Assembly (NCBI GenBank): GCA_963701855.1
Contig: CAVPBK010000006.1
Span: 800,001 to 864,000, forward strand
DNA: 64,000 nucleotides
Reading direction: 5' to 3'
From: Nitrospirota bacterium
Lineage (GTDB): Bacteria > Nitrospirota > Nitrospiria > Nitrospirales > Nitrospiraceae
This document shows positions 30,489-41,047 of this stretch, piece after piece; the first letter of the stretch is position 1, and the number at the start of each line of letters is the position of its first letter. The notes under the pieces were generated by a model. That model saw nothing but the letters and a program-made list of their open reading frames with translations. It had not been told where the DNA came from and did no database searches. The position numbers and the translations under genes were made by a program.

Positions 30489-30862
30489 TCCAGGGCTCCC
30501 TTCCGCCAAGCATAGACATAGGCCACCAAAAACAATCCGATGAAAACCAGCATTTCAATCAACCCGATCAACTGGATCTTGGTAAAGACCACTGCCCAGG
30601 GATACAGAAAGATGACCTCGATATCGAAAATAACGAAAAGCATCGCAAAAATGTAATACCGAACTGGGAAGGGCATCCGAGCGTCTGAGAACGGTTCTGC
30701 TCCACACTCATAGGTAGTCAATTTCTCCTGTTCAGGATATTTTGGATGGACCAGATAACTGATGATGAGCGACCACATGCCGAACGTCAGCGCTATGATA
30801 ACAAAGAACAAAATCGGAAAGTATCTGGTCAGATACTCAAGAAGTAACTCAGAACCGCTCAT
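30479..30862 (-). CDS. nuoA: NADH-quinone oxidoreductase subunit A
   Basis: [25 protein letters not shown]. Confidence 0.96.
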   Translation of the reverse strand: MSGSELLLEYLTRYFPILFFVIIALTFGMWSLIISYLVHPKYPEQEKLTTYECGAEPFSDARMPFPVRYYIFAMLFVIFDIEVIFLYPWAVVFTKIQLIGLIEMLVFIGLFLVAYVYAWRKGALEWD

Positions 30863-31602
30863 TGGCCTGACCTTTCAATATCTTAAGATACAAAGAGGGG
30901 TGGATTTTAGACTTTGCATGATGAAGATAGCAAGCGTCCAAAAGACCTGTGGGATCGACCCGAAAGTCCTAGCCCACATGATTCACGACGGCTTGTCATG
31001 AAATCGTCGTGGTCACGAGGGAGACGGACATACGGAGCCCTGAGGCCCCAAGGCTCACACACGGTTGTCGAGAGGGTGAGCAGCTAGCCGGGTCGCTAAA
31101 AGCTCATCACAGCTGCGAATCTGCAATCGCACTAGAAACGCTCATGAGTATTGCGAGCTAGACTCTGTCGTGGTCAGAAGCATGGCTGGCGCGAATGAGA
31201 AGCCAGGGTGTTGAGACCTCTATATATCTAGGGGACAGGGGCGTAGCGCAATTAAAAAACCCCGTTCTGCTCATGAAATTTTATCGTCCTTCTGGAACAG
31301 CATATTTATGAAGGGCTCTTCACTCTGTCTGGTGGGGCGGGCGACATGCGACCTGACGACATGCGCAGGTGGGAGGGTGGCAGCTCATCAATTTGATCCC
31401 ATTCAGGCTCCAGGGCCGAGAACGCCTTGGCTTTCTTGCGTCGATGAATCTGGGTCTCAAGGCGGGGACGGTCTTCGCATTGAGCGCCGTGGATAGTAAG
31501 TTGGTCAGGCACCATGATGTTCCCCGCTATGTGAAATCATTGTTCGTAGCACCATAACATCGGGTAAGTTAGTGGGTCAATGAAGACAAAGCCTCAATAT
31601 TC

Positions 31603-31630
31603 TTGACAATGCAGGACTATTTGCTATGGT
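31603..31630 (+). promoter_or_regulatory. Putative sigma70 promoter of the OmpA-family gene
   Basis: TTGACA-16 bp-TATGGT with extended TG, 41 bp before the ATG; AAGGA RBS. Confidence 0.5.
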
Positions 31631-31671
31631 GTTGACAGCAATAACTTGCCTTATCATGAAGGACAACCACC

Positions 31672-33207
31672 ATGGCTAACTATTCAATAAAATGTGCCGT
31701 CACTCTCATAGTCTGGACCTTGGCCACTCCGCTCCTTCCTCTGGCCTGGGCAGCCGACGACCTCACTTCGATCCGAGTCGGAGAATCAGCTTTGGCCTAT
31801 TCGTCCGGCTCAATCCAGCGATCAACACCACAAGATGGGTTTGTGAATGTGATTACCGGCGACAATCAGACGACCGGAGATCACATGATCTTGGGAACCC
31901 GGGATATCCTGTACCTCCGGTTGAAGAGTCCCGGCGATGTTGCACCCGGAGATCTTTTCACGATCTATAGACGAGCACTCAAAGTATTCCATCCCACCAC
32001 CGGTCAATACCTGGGTTATTTGGTCAATCGACTCGCTGTGGTTCAAGTGACCCAAGTTGATACGATTCTGACTACTGTTCAGGTTGTGCGTGCCTATGCA
32101 GCTGTATCACCGGGTGACCCGGTAATGAAGTTCGTGCTTCCAACTGATGAGGGAGCAGCAGTTGGCCAACCTTCCGCCGGTGATGTGGAGGGACGGATTG
32201 TGGAGTTCCAGACTAACATGGGCGCCGTCATGAACATGGTGGGGCAAAGAAATATCGTCTATCTGGATCTGGGACGGGAAGACGGAATCAGGCCTAGGGA
32301 TCGAATGGAAATAGTTCGGTCCGGAGGGAGCCTTCCTCAACGAGTCGTGGGAGAATTAAAAGTCCTATCCCTGGAAGACCGGACTGCCACGGCGCTGATT
32401 ACAAAATCGATCTCCCGCATTCTCAAGGGCGATCGCGTCAGAGTGAAGGTTCATGCTCCTGAAGCCATGCCAATCGCTCAATCTCTCCCGCAGTCTCCAG
32501 ATGCTTCTTCTACTGCAGCTCCTTCTCCAAGTAAACTCCAAGTCACAAATGTCGCCGACGAAACCCGAGTCAGCCTCAGTGACATGATGAAACAGCTTCG
32601 GTTCGAGTCGGGAGAAGCCACGATTACGTCCGAGGGCCATCAGGTGCTCGATGAACTGATCGCGTATCTCAAGACTGCCGCCGGCGATCGATTGATTCGA
32701 GTCGAGGGCCATGCAGACAATATGGAAATCGGTCCTACGCTGAAGTCACGATACCAGACGAACTGGGACTTATCGAAAGCTCGGGCAGGGGGTGTCCTCC
32801 GTTACTTGATTGAGAAGGGCGGGATCGATTCGGCCAAGCTTTCGTCGGTCGGCTATGGCGATACGAAGCCCATAGCCGGCAATGCGACCGAGGTGGGTCG
32901 GGAGAAGAACCGTCGTGTGGACATTGTACTCTATTCACCCGAATCAGCCAGGGAACAGTCTGAGCAGGCGGTGACACCAACTGAAACTGGCGATAAGGGC
33001 TATAGCATGTCCCGTCTCAATTCTTCTGCCGAAAGCGGAACTTCGATCCCCGTTGTGGACCAGACAATCCCAGTGGCTCCAACTGGTTCGTCCAAAGTAG
33101 AGCCCGCATCTGTCCCTGCGGGTCCTGCTTCGGCGACAACACCGACATCAGTTGTCCAGGGCAATGCGGATCAGACCCCCGTAGCCCCGGTCACCCCTCC
33201 ACAGTAA
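31672..33207 (+). CDS. Exported OmpA/MotB-domain protein with FlgT-C-like N-terminal beta domains
   Basis: Signal peptide; VYLDLGREDGI; VEGHAD, NWDLSKARA, GYGDTKP, KNRRVDI; Pro/Thr-rich tail. Confidence 0.85.
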   Translation: MANYSIKCAVTLIVWTLATPLLPLAWAADDLTSIRVGESALAYSSGSIQRSTPQDGFVNVITGDNQTTGDHMILGTRDILYLRLKSPGDVAPGDLFTIYRRALKVFHPTTGQYLGYLVNRLAVVQVTQVDTILTTVQVVRAYAAVSPGDPVMKFVLPTDEGAAVGQPSAGDVEGRIVEFQTNMGAVMNMVGQRNIVYLDLGREDGIRPRDRMEIVRSGGSLPQRVVGELKVLSLEDRTATALITKSISRILKGDRVRVKVHAPEAMPIAQSLPQSPDASSTAAPSPSKLQVTNVADETRVSLSDMMKQLRFESGEATITSEGHQVLDELIAYLKTAAGDRLIRVEGHADNMEIGPTLKSRYQTNWDLSKARAGGVLRYLIEKGGIDSAKLSSVGYGDTKPIAGNATEVGREKNRRVDIVLYSPESAREQSEQAVTPTETGDKGYSMSRLNSSAESGTSIPVVDQTIPVAPTGSSKVEPASVPAGPASATTPTSVVQGNADQTPVAPVTPPQ

Positions 33208-33223
33208 ACTCATCGAGTATCGA

Positions 33224-33255
33224 GGGAGGGTTGACGTAGAATTGTCAACCCTCCC
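33224..33255 (+). terminator. Stem-loop downstream of the OmpA gene
   Basis: GGGAGGGTTGAC-8 nt-GTCAACCCTCCC, a perfect 12-bp stem; T-rich tract only further downstream. Confidence 0.6.
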
Positions 33256-33309
33256 CGGTTCCCCTCCAGAACCTTTCCGTTTTTCTTCCTCATTGTTCCT
33301 CCTTTTTCT

Positions 33310-35652
33310 GTGCTGCTACAATGCCGCATGATTTCGACACAGGTAGCCCCTCCATGCACAGAACCAGAATCCTTATTCGCGGACGTCATTGTCCCACGAC
33401 ATCTGGCAGGCCATTTTACCTATACCGTACCCTCGTTACTCCGACCCACGCTACGTATCGGCCATCGAGTGCTCGTGCCCTTCGGACGGTCGATCCTCCA
33501 AGGAGCCGTGATCGCCCTCTCCCACGTACTTCCTCAGGGTCTTGATCGAACACGCCTCAGGGAAATTCACTCGTTACTCCCAGAAGGAGCCGCAACAGAC
33601 GTATCATCGAATTTATTCCAGCTCTCACGACAGGTGGCCGAACAGTATGTTGCGCCATGGGGGCAATGTCTCAGGTTGGTGTTGCCTCCGGCACCAAAAC
33701 CACTGGCGCAGGGCAGCCACTACGAACTATCGGAACAAGGGCGGGCGGCACTTGCGGATCGGAAGCCTTGCTCGGTGAAGGCTCGGGCACTTCTCACACG
33801 TCTCGGGAAAAAACCTTCAGGACTTCGCCGGTCATCCCGTAGTCCTGGTCTGGACGATCTATTACGCGATCTCAAGGTTCGCGGATGGGTGGTAGAGGTC
33901 CAGAACCTACTGCCTGCCTCAGCAGTGCCTCTCACCCAGCCAACCAGACAAGCGAACCATGACAGTTTCGGCGTCACCCCAGCACTCATTCCTGACCCTG
34001 CAATGTCTTGGTCTGAACCACTGCTCAAGGCGCTGAGAGGCCAAGAACCCACACGTGTTCTGGTGCAGGCTTCCTGGACCGATCGGTTGAGGCTCCTACA
34101 GCAGGCCGCTCGCCTAGTACTCGAGCGTGGACAGACGTTCCTCATCATCGTTGGGGAAGCAGAACGGGCCCAATGGGTTACCAGCTTGATCCGTAATGAT
34201 GAGATGGGCATCTCCCCGGTCTTTTTCCATAGCGGTCTTTCAGACCAGCTGAAATCTGAAATTTGGGATCAGATTCATCGGCAGATTGTTCGCGTGGTCG
34301 TGGGAACTCGGTCGGCCATCTTTCTTCCATTGACTGCAATCGGGGCGATCTGGGTCGAGGGAGAGGAGGATGCAGCGCTCAAAGAACCTCAAGAGCCACG
34401 CTACCATGCACGGGACGTGGCTTGGCTGAGGGCACAAGATGAACAGGCGGTGCTGGTCCTGAGTTCTGCCCACCCCTCTCTTGAGATCAGATCGGCGGTG
34501 GAGCAACGAGGGATCTTTGTCCGCAAGCTCATGCCGTCTGATTCGCGACCGAGCATACAGGTCGTTGATTTACGGGATTATGGTCGCAATACAGTGCTGA
34601 GCCAGCCGCTCGTTCAGGCCATCGAGCAGGCGATTAGTTGCCGGGCTGGCGTCCTGTTGTTTCTCAATCGGAAGGGCTATGCCGGCGCCCTAGTCTGTCG
34701 TGACTGCGGCCAAGTTCCCCGCTGTCCTGTCTGTCGCGTGGCGCTGATGTACTCTCGGCAGGCTGGTCGCCTGCTCTGTTCATACTGCGGAGACGTGACA
34801 CCCCTCCCCGAAGCCTGCGTTAGTTGTTCCGGCCTTCGCATGCAGTTGATCGGGGAAGGCACAGAACGGGTGGAAGAAGATGCGAAGCGATTGTTCCCTC
34901 ACGCGGCGGTGATTCGGCTCGATGGGGATACCATGCGGCGGCCTGCGCAGGCCGAATCCCTCTGGCGGAAGGTCGAGCAAAGGGAATGGGATATCATCAT
35001 CGGAACACAACTGCTGCTACACCGGGGATCCCTCCCGATGATGGGCCTCGTTGGGATAGTGCAAGCAGACGCAGGACTTAACGTGCCGAACTTCCGATCC
35101 GCCGAACGTACCTATCATACGCTTCTCGATGCGGTCGGCCTCGCCAATTCGACAGGGATTAGCGGCCAGGTTATCGTGCAGACCTATCTTCCGTCACATC
35201 ACGCAATTCAAGCTGTAGCGCAGAACGACGAATCCATTTTCTTATCGGAGGAGTTGTCCCATCGAACTGCATTGGGGTATCCGCCTGCGGTTTCTCTGAT
35301 TGCCCTCCTTGTATCCGGAACCAGAGAGACAATGGTTCACGACGCTGCCACGGACTGGGTGGCTCGGCTCAGTGCCTGCACTTCTCTGGACATGGCTGGA
35401 CAGACGGACAAGGCAAAGACCCCTTCGATAACTCAATCGATCAGTCGGCCCAACCGTCTTGCTGTTCTAGGGCCAGTCCCCTCTCCGGTGCCGAGACTCC
35501 GGGGACGATATCGGTGGCAAATTCTTGTGAAATCGTCCGAACGGGATGCGGGCCTCGCGGATGTACGAATGACGGTCAAAGAGATGGAACGGACGTATCA
35601 ACGCTGCGCTATCAAGTTCGATGTCGATGTCGACCCGATCGAGATGTGGTAG
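33310..35652 (+). CDS. priA: Primosomal protein N' (PriA) with degenerate ATPase motifs
   Basis: 3'-binding domain (FTY, GHRVLVPFG), VVGTRSAIFLP, PRYHARDVA, FLNRKGY, four CxxC pairs, GTERVEE, DVDP C-terminus. Confidence 0.9.
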   Translation: MLLQCRMISTQVAPPCTEPESLFADVIVPRHLAGHFTYTVPSLLRPTLRIGHRVLVPFGRSILQGAVIALSHVLPQGLDRTRLREIHSLLPEGAATDVSSNLFQLSRQVAEQYVAPWGQCLRLVLPPAPKPLAQGSHYELSEQGRAALADRKPCSVKARALLTRLGKKPSGLRRSSRSPGLDDLLRDLKVRGWVVEVQNLLPASAVPLTQPTRQANHDSFGVTPALIPDPAMSWSEPLLKALRGQEPTRVLVQASWTDRLRLLQQAARLVLERGQTFLIIVGEAERAQWVTSLIRNDEMGISPVFFHSGLSDQLKSEIWDQIHRQIVRVVVGTRSAIFLPLTAIGAIWVEGEEDAALKEPQEPRYHARDVAWLRAQDEQAVLVLSSAHPSLEIRSAVEQRGIFVRKLMPSDSRPSIQVVDLRDYGRNTVLSQPLVQAIEQAISCRAGVLLFLNRKGYAGALVCRDCGQVPRCPVCRVALMYSRQAGRLLCSYCGDVTPLPEACVSCSGLRMQLIGEGTERVEEDAKRLFPHAAVIRLDGDTMRRPAQAESLWRKVEQREWDIIIGTQLLLHRGSLPMMGLVGIVQADAGLNVPNFRSAERTYHTLLDAVGLANSTGISGQVIVQTYLPSHHAIQAVAQNDESIFLSEELSHRTALGYPPAVSLIALLVSGTRETMVHDAATDWVARLSACTSLDMAGQTDKAKTPSITQSISRPNRLAVLGPVPSPVPRLRGRYRWQILVKSSERDAGLADVRMTVKEMERTYQRCAIKFDVDVDPIEMW

Positions 35653-35655
35653 GTG

Positions 35656-36099
35656 CTATTTTTTCTTAGGGGAATGCTCTGGAATTGATTCAGGTGATTG
35701 ACTCTCGGTCGCATCAATTGACGAGTCGATAATCGGCTGACGAGCTCGCTTGAAGAACCCATAGGAAAACGTGATCCAAAAGACAGCCGAGACGAGACCC
35801 ATCAGCGCGGCTGAGAGCATCGTTCCCAATTGTTCGTCGGTCGGCTCTGTTGTAATCGAACGGAATTGAACCATCGTGACGATGGGCCAGGCAAGACTTT
35901 CCAGGCCAAGCAACAGGGTGGCCCAGGCCCAAACCAGTCCAATGGTGCGCCCCTGCCAGACAAGAAACCCTGCGGCGGCTCCTGCGACGAGAACGGCTCC
36001 CCATGGTGAGAACGAGCCCCACGCCAGCCAGGCACCCGCCGCCACGACAAGGCTGCCAAGCAGGGCATTGAGTTGCGGGCTCCACCACATAGTGACCAT
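35656..36099 (-). CDS. Hypothetical membrane protein
   Basis: Several hydrophobic segments; start ATG 36099 or further upstream. Confidence 0.65.
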   Translation of the reverse strand: MVTMWWSPQLNALLGSLVVAAGAWLAWGSFSPWGAVLVAGAAAGFLVWQGRTIGLVWAWATLLLGLESLAWPIVTMVQFRSITTEPTDEQLGTMLSAALMGLVSAVFWITFSYGFFKRARQPIIDSSIDATESQSPESIPEHSPKKK

Positions 36100-36236
36100 A
36101 CTGGTGTTGTCCTCCGTGGGCGATGCGCGAGCTAGTGTGAGTTCCAATGGTATGTTTGTCAATCGAGGTATCCGCTGGCTAGCCTACCAGCCGAACGCTC
36201 ACCGCAATAACAAATCCGCGATAACAATAGAATCGC

Positions 36237-36983
36237 TCATGAATCATGCTGGCCTGGACTACTGCCTCGCCCGACAGCTTGAAAGAGCTTCGTGCATTCC
36301 TCTCCAGTAAGCGATTTCCACTTTCCTGGGAGCAATCCATCGAGTGTAATGTGCATAATCCTGACACGATGCAACGTGAGCACCCGATACCCCAAAACCT
36401 GGCACATGCGCCTGATCTGTCGATTGCGTCCTTCGGTGAGGATGATACGGAATCGAGCAGAACCGAGTCGATCAATCCGGCAGAGTTTGGTCGGACGGTC
36501 GAGAATGAAAACTCCTTGAGCCATGTGGTCAATGAACGTTTGATCGAAAGGATGATCGACTGACACCTCGTATTCCCGTTCATGTCCATGCTCGGTTCGT
36601 AGAATATCGTTCACAATGTCCCCGTCGTTCGTGAGAAGGATCAGGCCGGACGAGTCCTTGTCGAGCCGACCAATCGGGAAGATCCGTTCCGGATGGCCGA
36701 TCTCCGCAATGATGTTACGGGGCACATGTGACTCGCTGGTCGTTGTCACGCCCACTGGCTTGTAATACTTGATATAGAGCGGGGCCACCCCCCAGGGAAT
36801 CACCTGTCCATCTCGCACAATGACGTCATCAGGACCAACCTGATCTCCCAAGCAGGCGACTCGCTGATTGATGGTCACGCGACCGGTCTCGATCAGGCGA
36901 TCGGCCTCTCGTCGAGAACAGATGCCGTGCTGTGTAAAGAATTTATTGATGCGAAGCTTGTCGGTCACGGAGTGACACGCCAT
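36237..36983 (-). CDS. rluF: RsuA-family rRNA pseudouridine synthase (RluF/RluB-like)
   Basis: S4 domain (CSRREADRLI), GRLDKDSSGLILLTNDG, EGRNRQIRRM. Confidence 0.8.
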   Translation of the reverse strand: MACHSVTDKLRINKFFTQHGICSRREADRLIETGRVTINQRVACLGDQVGPDDVIVRDGQVIPWGVAPLYIKYYKPVGVTTTSESHVPRNIIAEIGHPERIFPIGRLDKDSSGLILLTNDGDIVNDILRTEHGHEREYEVSVDHPFDQTFIDHMAQGVFILDRPTKLCRIDRLGSARFRIILTEGRNRQIRRMCQVLGYRVLTLHRVRIMHITLDGLLPGKWKSLTGEECTKLFQAVGRGSSPGQHDS

Positions 36984-36985
36984 TC

Positions 36986-37548
36986 TAGCAGGTTGCAGAA
37001 AAGCTTAGTTTGTACGCATACACCGTTGGAATCTTACATGGTGGTGCCGACGTCAACATAGCCTCAAGATACTCAAAAAGAGGCCGGATTTTTCACCCGC
37101 CCAACCCCTGGCGACTACTTTACCCTCCCGCCCTGAGTCTGCCAAGACAGCCTCTTCGCCCTGGGGCGTGCCTTGTCCCAGGCTTGGCCCCGGCGAGTGA
37201 CCAAAGATGATCCTTCCAAGCTTGCTCCTGTACGTTGTCCCCAGGATGGCCGGGAGGAGTCCTTCACTGTACGCGACACTCTCACCCGCCCACCCACTGG
37301 CACGCCAAGACGTGCCATGCGCCCAGGCGAGGGCCTTCCAATTTGCCAAATCTCAATTCAAGGGAGTGGCCAAGGCTGCCCTTTACTGCGCGCATCGAAC
37401 GAGCACCGTTTCACCGTGCGCGTTCTGCGAGCAAGAAGGGCACCTTGCCGCTCCCTCCCCATCCTTCTCAGGCCGCGCGTTGCGCGAGCAGAGGAGACTC
37501 ACCGGGCCACCCCTCCCCTGCTGGCAAGACTATTTCAGCATCCTGCTA
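36986..37548 (+). mobile_element. MITE-like non-coding repeat, long copy
   Basis: Ends TAGCAGGTTGCAGAAA and TTTCAGCATCCTGCTA; an internal degenerate end at 37065; 37065-37270 and 37463-37548 are highly similar to 39215-39523 in inverted orientation. Confidence 0.75.
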
Positions 37549-38478
37549 ATGAACGCGACGGCCCGCCTTGATCCGTCCCAGCATGCGATAGATCAATCGG
37601 GCAATACAAAACTGGGGTGCGACAAACCCTTCGATTGGAGCTATCTCGCTGATATCCATCCCGAGAATGCCAGGTCCATTGGCCAAGGCTGTGATGAGAC
37701 TCAGCGTATCGTACCACCCCAATCCACCAGGCTCGGGAGTGCCAAGCGCAGGAACCAGCGAGGCATCAAGCCCATCACAATCGAATGTGAGATAGACCGG
37801 CCCACGACAGGCTTTCACGACATCGGGAACCCAACGAGAGGCCTTGCCTTTGTATGAACTGGAAGGGTCAAGAATCTCGGCGGCAAAGAATGTGGCAATT
37901 CGATCAGTACTCTTAATGCGATCGATTTCCTCGGGAGAAATGGAACGAATGCCGACTTGGACTAACGGCAACCCGTCATCGACTACGCGGGCCATCACGC
38001 TGGCATGACTATAGGGATTTCCTTGATAGGCCTTTCGCAGGTCGCCATGTGCGTCGATTTGCACCACGCACAGATTAGGATGGTGTCGGGCATGGGCTCG
38101 AATTGCCCCAAGCGCGCCGGTATGTTCCCCGGTCAAGGTAACGACAAACCGCCCGGTACCGACGTGAGGGGTAACAAATGCGTCGATGGCATCTACCGCC
38201 TGCCGATCGACTTTGCCATCAAGATCGAGCGAGTGGATGGTGGCAATCCCACCCCACTCTCGATAAGGCTCACACCGAAGTGTTTCGTCGTATAACTCGA
38301 CTTGTTGAGACGCCTCAATGATGGCTGATGGGCCTCGATCAGAGCCCAGCACATAGCTGGAGGTATGTTCGTAGGGTGCAGGCAGGACGTAGACGCCCGC
38401 CTGATCGGGATGGCACCAAGGCTCGTCGAGACCGAGGAAGTTCTGGTCGATACCCTCCCAACCGGCGGGAAGCGTCAT
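37546..38478 (-). CDS. speB: Agmatinase (ureohydrolase)
   Basis: GEHT, DAHGD, YSHAS, DCDGLD, GTPEPGG; next to an arginine decarboxylase. Confidence 0.9.
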   Translation of the reverse strand: MTLPAGWEGIDQNFLGLDEPWCHPDQAGVYVLPAPYEHTSSYVLGSDRGPSAIIEASQQVELYDETLRCEPYREWGGIATIHSLDLDGKVDRQAVDAIDAFVTPHVGTGRFVVTLTGEHTGALGAIRAHARHHPNLCVVQIDAHGDLRKAYQGNPYSHASVMARVVDDGLPLVQVGIRSISPEEIDRIKSTDRIATFFAAEILDPSSSYKGKASRWVPDVVKACRGPVYLTFDCDGLDASLVPALGTPEPGGLGWYDTLSLITALANGPGILGMDISEIAPIEGFVAPQFCIARLIYRMLGRIKAGRRVH

Positions 38479-38501
38479 GGGTGTAAGCTCACGCGGCAGG
38501 G

Positions 38502-39068
38502 CTACCGACGCCGCTTCGACAGATTTTCTTCTGGAATGAACACGGCCAATGCTATCACTGTCGTCCAGCGATTGGGTTTTCCAATAGCGGACTGGGTGAT
38601 GTTTTGGGTCCGAACGATCTTACCGGCCATTTTGAAGACTTGTTCCCGCTCTTTCCACGCAATGTTCGGATCGAATTCGACCCCAAGCGTCGTGGCCAAC
38701 ATCTGCGCCGCCAAGTCTTCCGTATACTCACCCGTCTCTTCATCGGTTTCACCATGCGCATGGTGTTCGGACAGATATCCGTAGGTTCGACGATCGGTCG
38801 GGACCGCTAATCCAATCGACGCGGAAGCCAGGCGATTTCGTTCATTTGTTTCCGACCGCGCCATCACACAGAACGTAATTTCACCTGGGTTCAATAATTT
38901 CTCGCCGCGCGCACGCGGAATAATTTTGCAATTCGGCGGTAGAATCGATGACACCGTAACAAGGTTGCAATAGGCAACGCCTGCACTGCGCAAGGCTTGT
39001 TCAAAGGAAGCCAGCTTTTCTTTGTGGACTCCGACGCCTCGCGTCAGAAACATCTGCGTAGGTACCAT
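38502..39068 (-). CDS. pdaD: Pyruvoyl-dependent arginine decarboxylase
   Basis: [18 protein letters not shown] (Ser-Ser self-cleavage site), GYLSEHH. Confidence 0.9.
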   Translation of the reverse strand: MVPTQMFLTRGVGVHKEKLASFEQALRSAGVAYCNLVTVSSILPPNCKIIPRARGEKLLNPGEITFCVMARSETNERNRLASASIGLAVPTDRRTYGYLSEHHAHGETDEETGEYTEDLAAQMLATTLGVEFDPNIAWKEREQVFKMAGKIVRTQNITQSAIGKPNRWTTVIALAVFIPEENLSKRRR

Positions 39069-39214
39069 CGTTTCTTCTCCTTAGTTCGTCCGACCAATCG
39101 GGTGAGGGGCGCGTCGTTCGCTGAAATGCACGCCCACGATAAACCATATTAAAGCACAGGGCCGCTGTTGTACCAAGATTGGCAACGCTTCGCAATATCC
39201 TGTGGCATTTTTTC

Positions 39215-39523
39215 TAGCAGGATGCTGAAATAGTCTTGCCAGCAGGGGAGGGGTGGCCCGGTGAGTTCCCTCTGCTCGCGCAACGCGCGGCCTGAGAAGG
39301 CTCTCGTTGGATGCGCACAGTGAAGGACTCCTCCCGGCCATCTTGGGGACAACGTACAGGAGCAAGCTTGGAAGGATCATCTTTGGTCACTTGCCGGGGC
39401 CAAGCCCGGGACAAGGCACGCCCCAGGGCGAAAAGGCTGTCTTGGCAGACTCAGGACGGGAGGGTAAAGTAGTCGCCAGGGGTTGGGCGGATGAAAAATC
39501 CAGCCTCTTTTTGAGCATCCTGC
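39215..39523 (-). mobile_element. MITE-like non-coding repeat, short copy
   Basis: Terminal inverted repeats GCAGGATGCTGAAATA / TTTTTGAGCATCCTGC (14/16 match); no coding capacity. Confidence 0.78.
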
Positions 39524-39580
39524 GGGAGGGTTTCCTCGTTGTGCCACACGTGCAGACCCTGAACAGATTCCAGCTTCCTG

Positions 39581-41020
39581 CTAGGCGCCGGCAGGTGGTT
39601 TGAGGTTTAACACTAGCATGCGAGGCTCGGTCATATCCTCGATCGCGGCCTGAACCCCTTCACGCCCGACCCCAGAGTCTTTCACACCACCATACGGCAT
39701 GTGGTCGGCACGAAATGTTGGAATCTCGTTTGCCAGCACGGCCCCAACCTCAAGATGCCGAAAGGCATGAAAAATTTTGTTCACATCCTGAGTGAATACT
39801 CCAGCTTGGAGTCCATAGTCAGACTGGTTAAGCGCCGTGATCGCTTCGCTGAAATGCCGGTAAGGGGTCACGGTTACCACCGGTCCAAACACCTCCTGAC
39901 AAGAGACTTTCATCGTTGGCGTGACGTGCGAGAGCACGGTCGCCTCCATCACCGAGCCCATGCGTTTGCCCCCCAGAAGCACACGCGCCCCTTGCGACAC
40001 CGCTTCCCCGACCCACTCCTCCACACGATGGGCCGCGGCCGAATTGATCAGTGGCCCGACCACCGTCGAATCGTCGCTCGGATCACCAGCCTTCAGACGC
40101 GCAACTTGTAACAGAAGTTTCGTGGTGAAGAGGTCCACAATGGAATGATGGATAAATATTCGTTGCACGGAAATACAGGTCTGACCGGCATATCCAAACC
40201 CGCCGACTGCGCAGCGCTGTGCGGCAAGCTCAAGATCGGCATCGGGCTCCACGATGACGCCAGCATTCCCGCCGAGCTCCAACACCACCTTCTTCTTCCC
40301 GCACTTAGCCTTCAGCATCCATCCCACAGCGGCACTGCCGGTAAAGCTCAGGAGTTTAAAACGAGGGTCCACGACAAGCTGTTCTGCCACCGTATTATCG
40401 CAGGGCAGGATGTTGAGTGCGCCGGGAGGAAGCCCAGCCTCCTGAACTACTTCGCCCAAGAGTAACGCGGTCAGGGGTGTCTGTGGCGCCGGCTTGATGA
40501 GAATAGAATTTCCGGCAGCCAGAGCTGGGGCGACCTTGTGGCCCACAAGATTCAGGGGAAAATTGAAGGGAGTGATTCCGAGCACCGGACCAATCGGAAC
40601 CCGACGGAGAATGCCAAGATGGGAGTCCGTCCCCGGCGTCCAATCGAGAGGGATCACCTCGCCAGGAATGCGCTTCGCCTCTTCGGCCGCAACGGTAAAT
40701 GTCTGCACCGCCCGACTGACTTCCCGCTTCGCGTCGGTGATCGGCTTGCCGGATTCAGCCGTCATCAGGCGGGCAAATTCCTCCCGCCGGTCATAAAGTC
40801 CACCTGCGATCTTTTGCAACGCACGATAGCGGGCGTGGGCGGGCAAATTCCCCATCGCTGCAGCAGCATCGACTGTCGATTGAATCGCAGCCTCAGCGTC
40901 CGCGAAACTCGCGCTCGATACCTCGGCGAGTAGCCGCCCTGTAAACGGGTTGTTTACGGGGACAACCGTCTCCCCCTGCCGCCACAGACCTCCAATCAAG
41001 AATGGACGTGGTTCCTGCAC
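39581..41020 (-). CDS. NAD(P)-dependent aldehyde dehydrogenase
   Basis: ITPFNFP, FTGS, LELGGN, GQTCISVQR, EVFGPV. Confidence 0.92.
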   Translation of the reverse strand: MQEPRPFLIGGLWRQGETVVPVNNPFTGRLLAEVSSASFADAEAAIQSTVDAAAAMGNLPAHARYRALQKIAGGLYDRREEFARLMTAESGKPITDAKREVSRAVQTFTVAAEEAKRIPGEVIPLDWTPGTDSHLGILRRVPIGPVLGITPFNFPLNLVGHKVAPALAAGNSILIKPAPQTPLTALLLGEVVQEAGLPPGALNILPCDNTVAEQLVVDPRFKLLSFTGSAAVGWMLKAKCGKKKVVLELGGNAGVIVEPDADLELAAQRCAVGGFGYAGQTCISVQRIFIHHSIVDLFTTKLLLQVARLKAGDPSDDSTVVGPLINSAAAHRVEEWVGEAVSQGARVLLGGKRMGSVMEATVLSHVTPTMKVSCQEVFGPVVTVTPYRHFSEAITALNQSDYGLQAGVFTQDVNKIFHAFRHLEVGAVLANEIPTFRADHMPYGGVKDSGVGREGVQAAIEDMTEPRMLVLNLKPPAGA

Positions 41021-41047
41021 AAGAGACGCCTCGCGGATGGTGAAGAC

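Noticed and set aside
31219..31234. NrdR-box-like TCTATATATCTAGGGG
   Set aside because: Single imperfect match, with no ribonucleotide reductase gene nearby.
37010..39603. Similar short ORFs (MILPSLLLYVVP..., MSQAWPRR...) in two places
   Set aside because: Translations of the non-coding MITE-like repeat; no transposase motifs.
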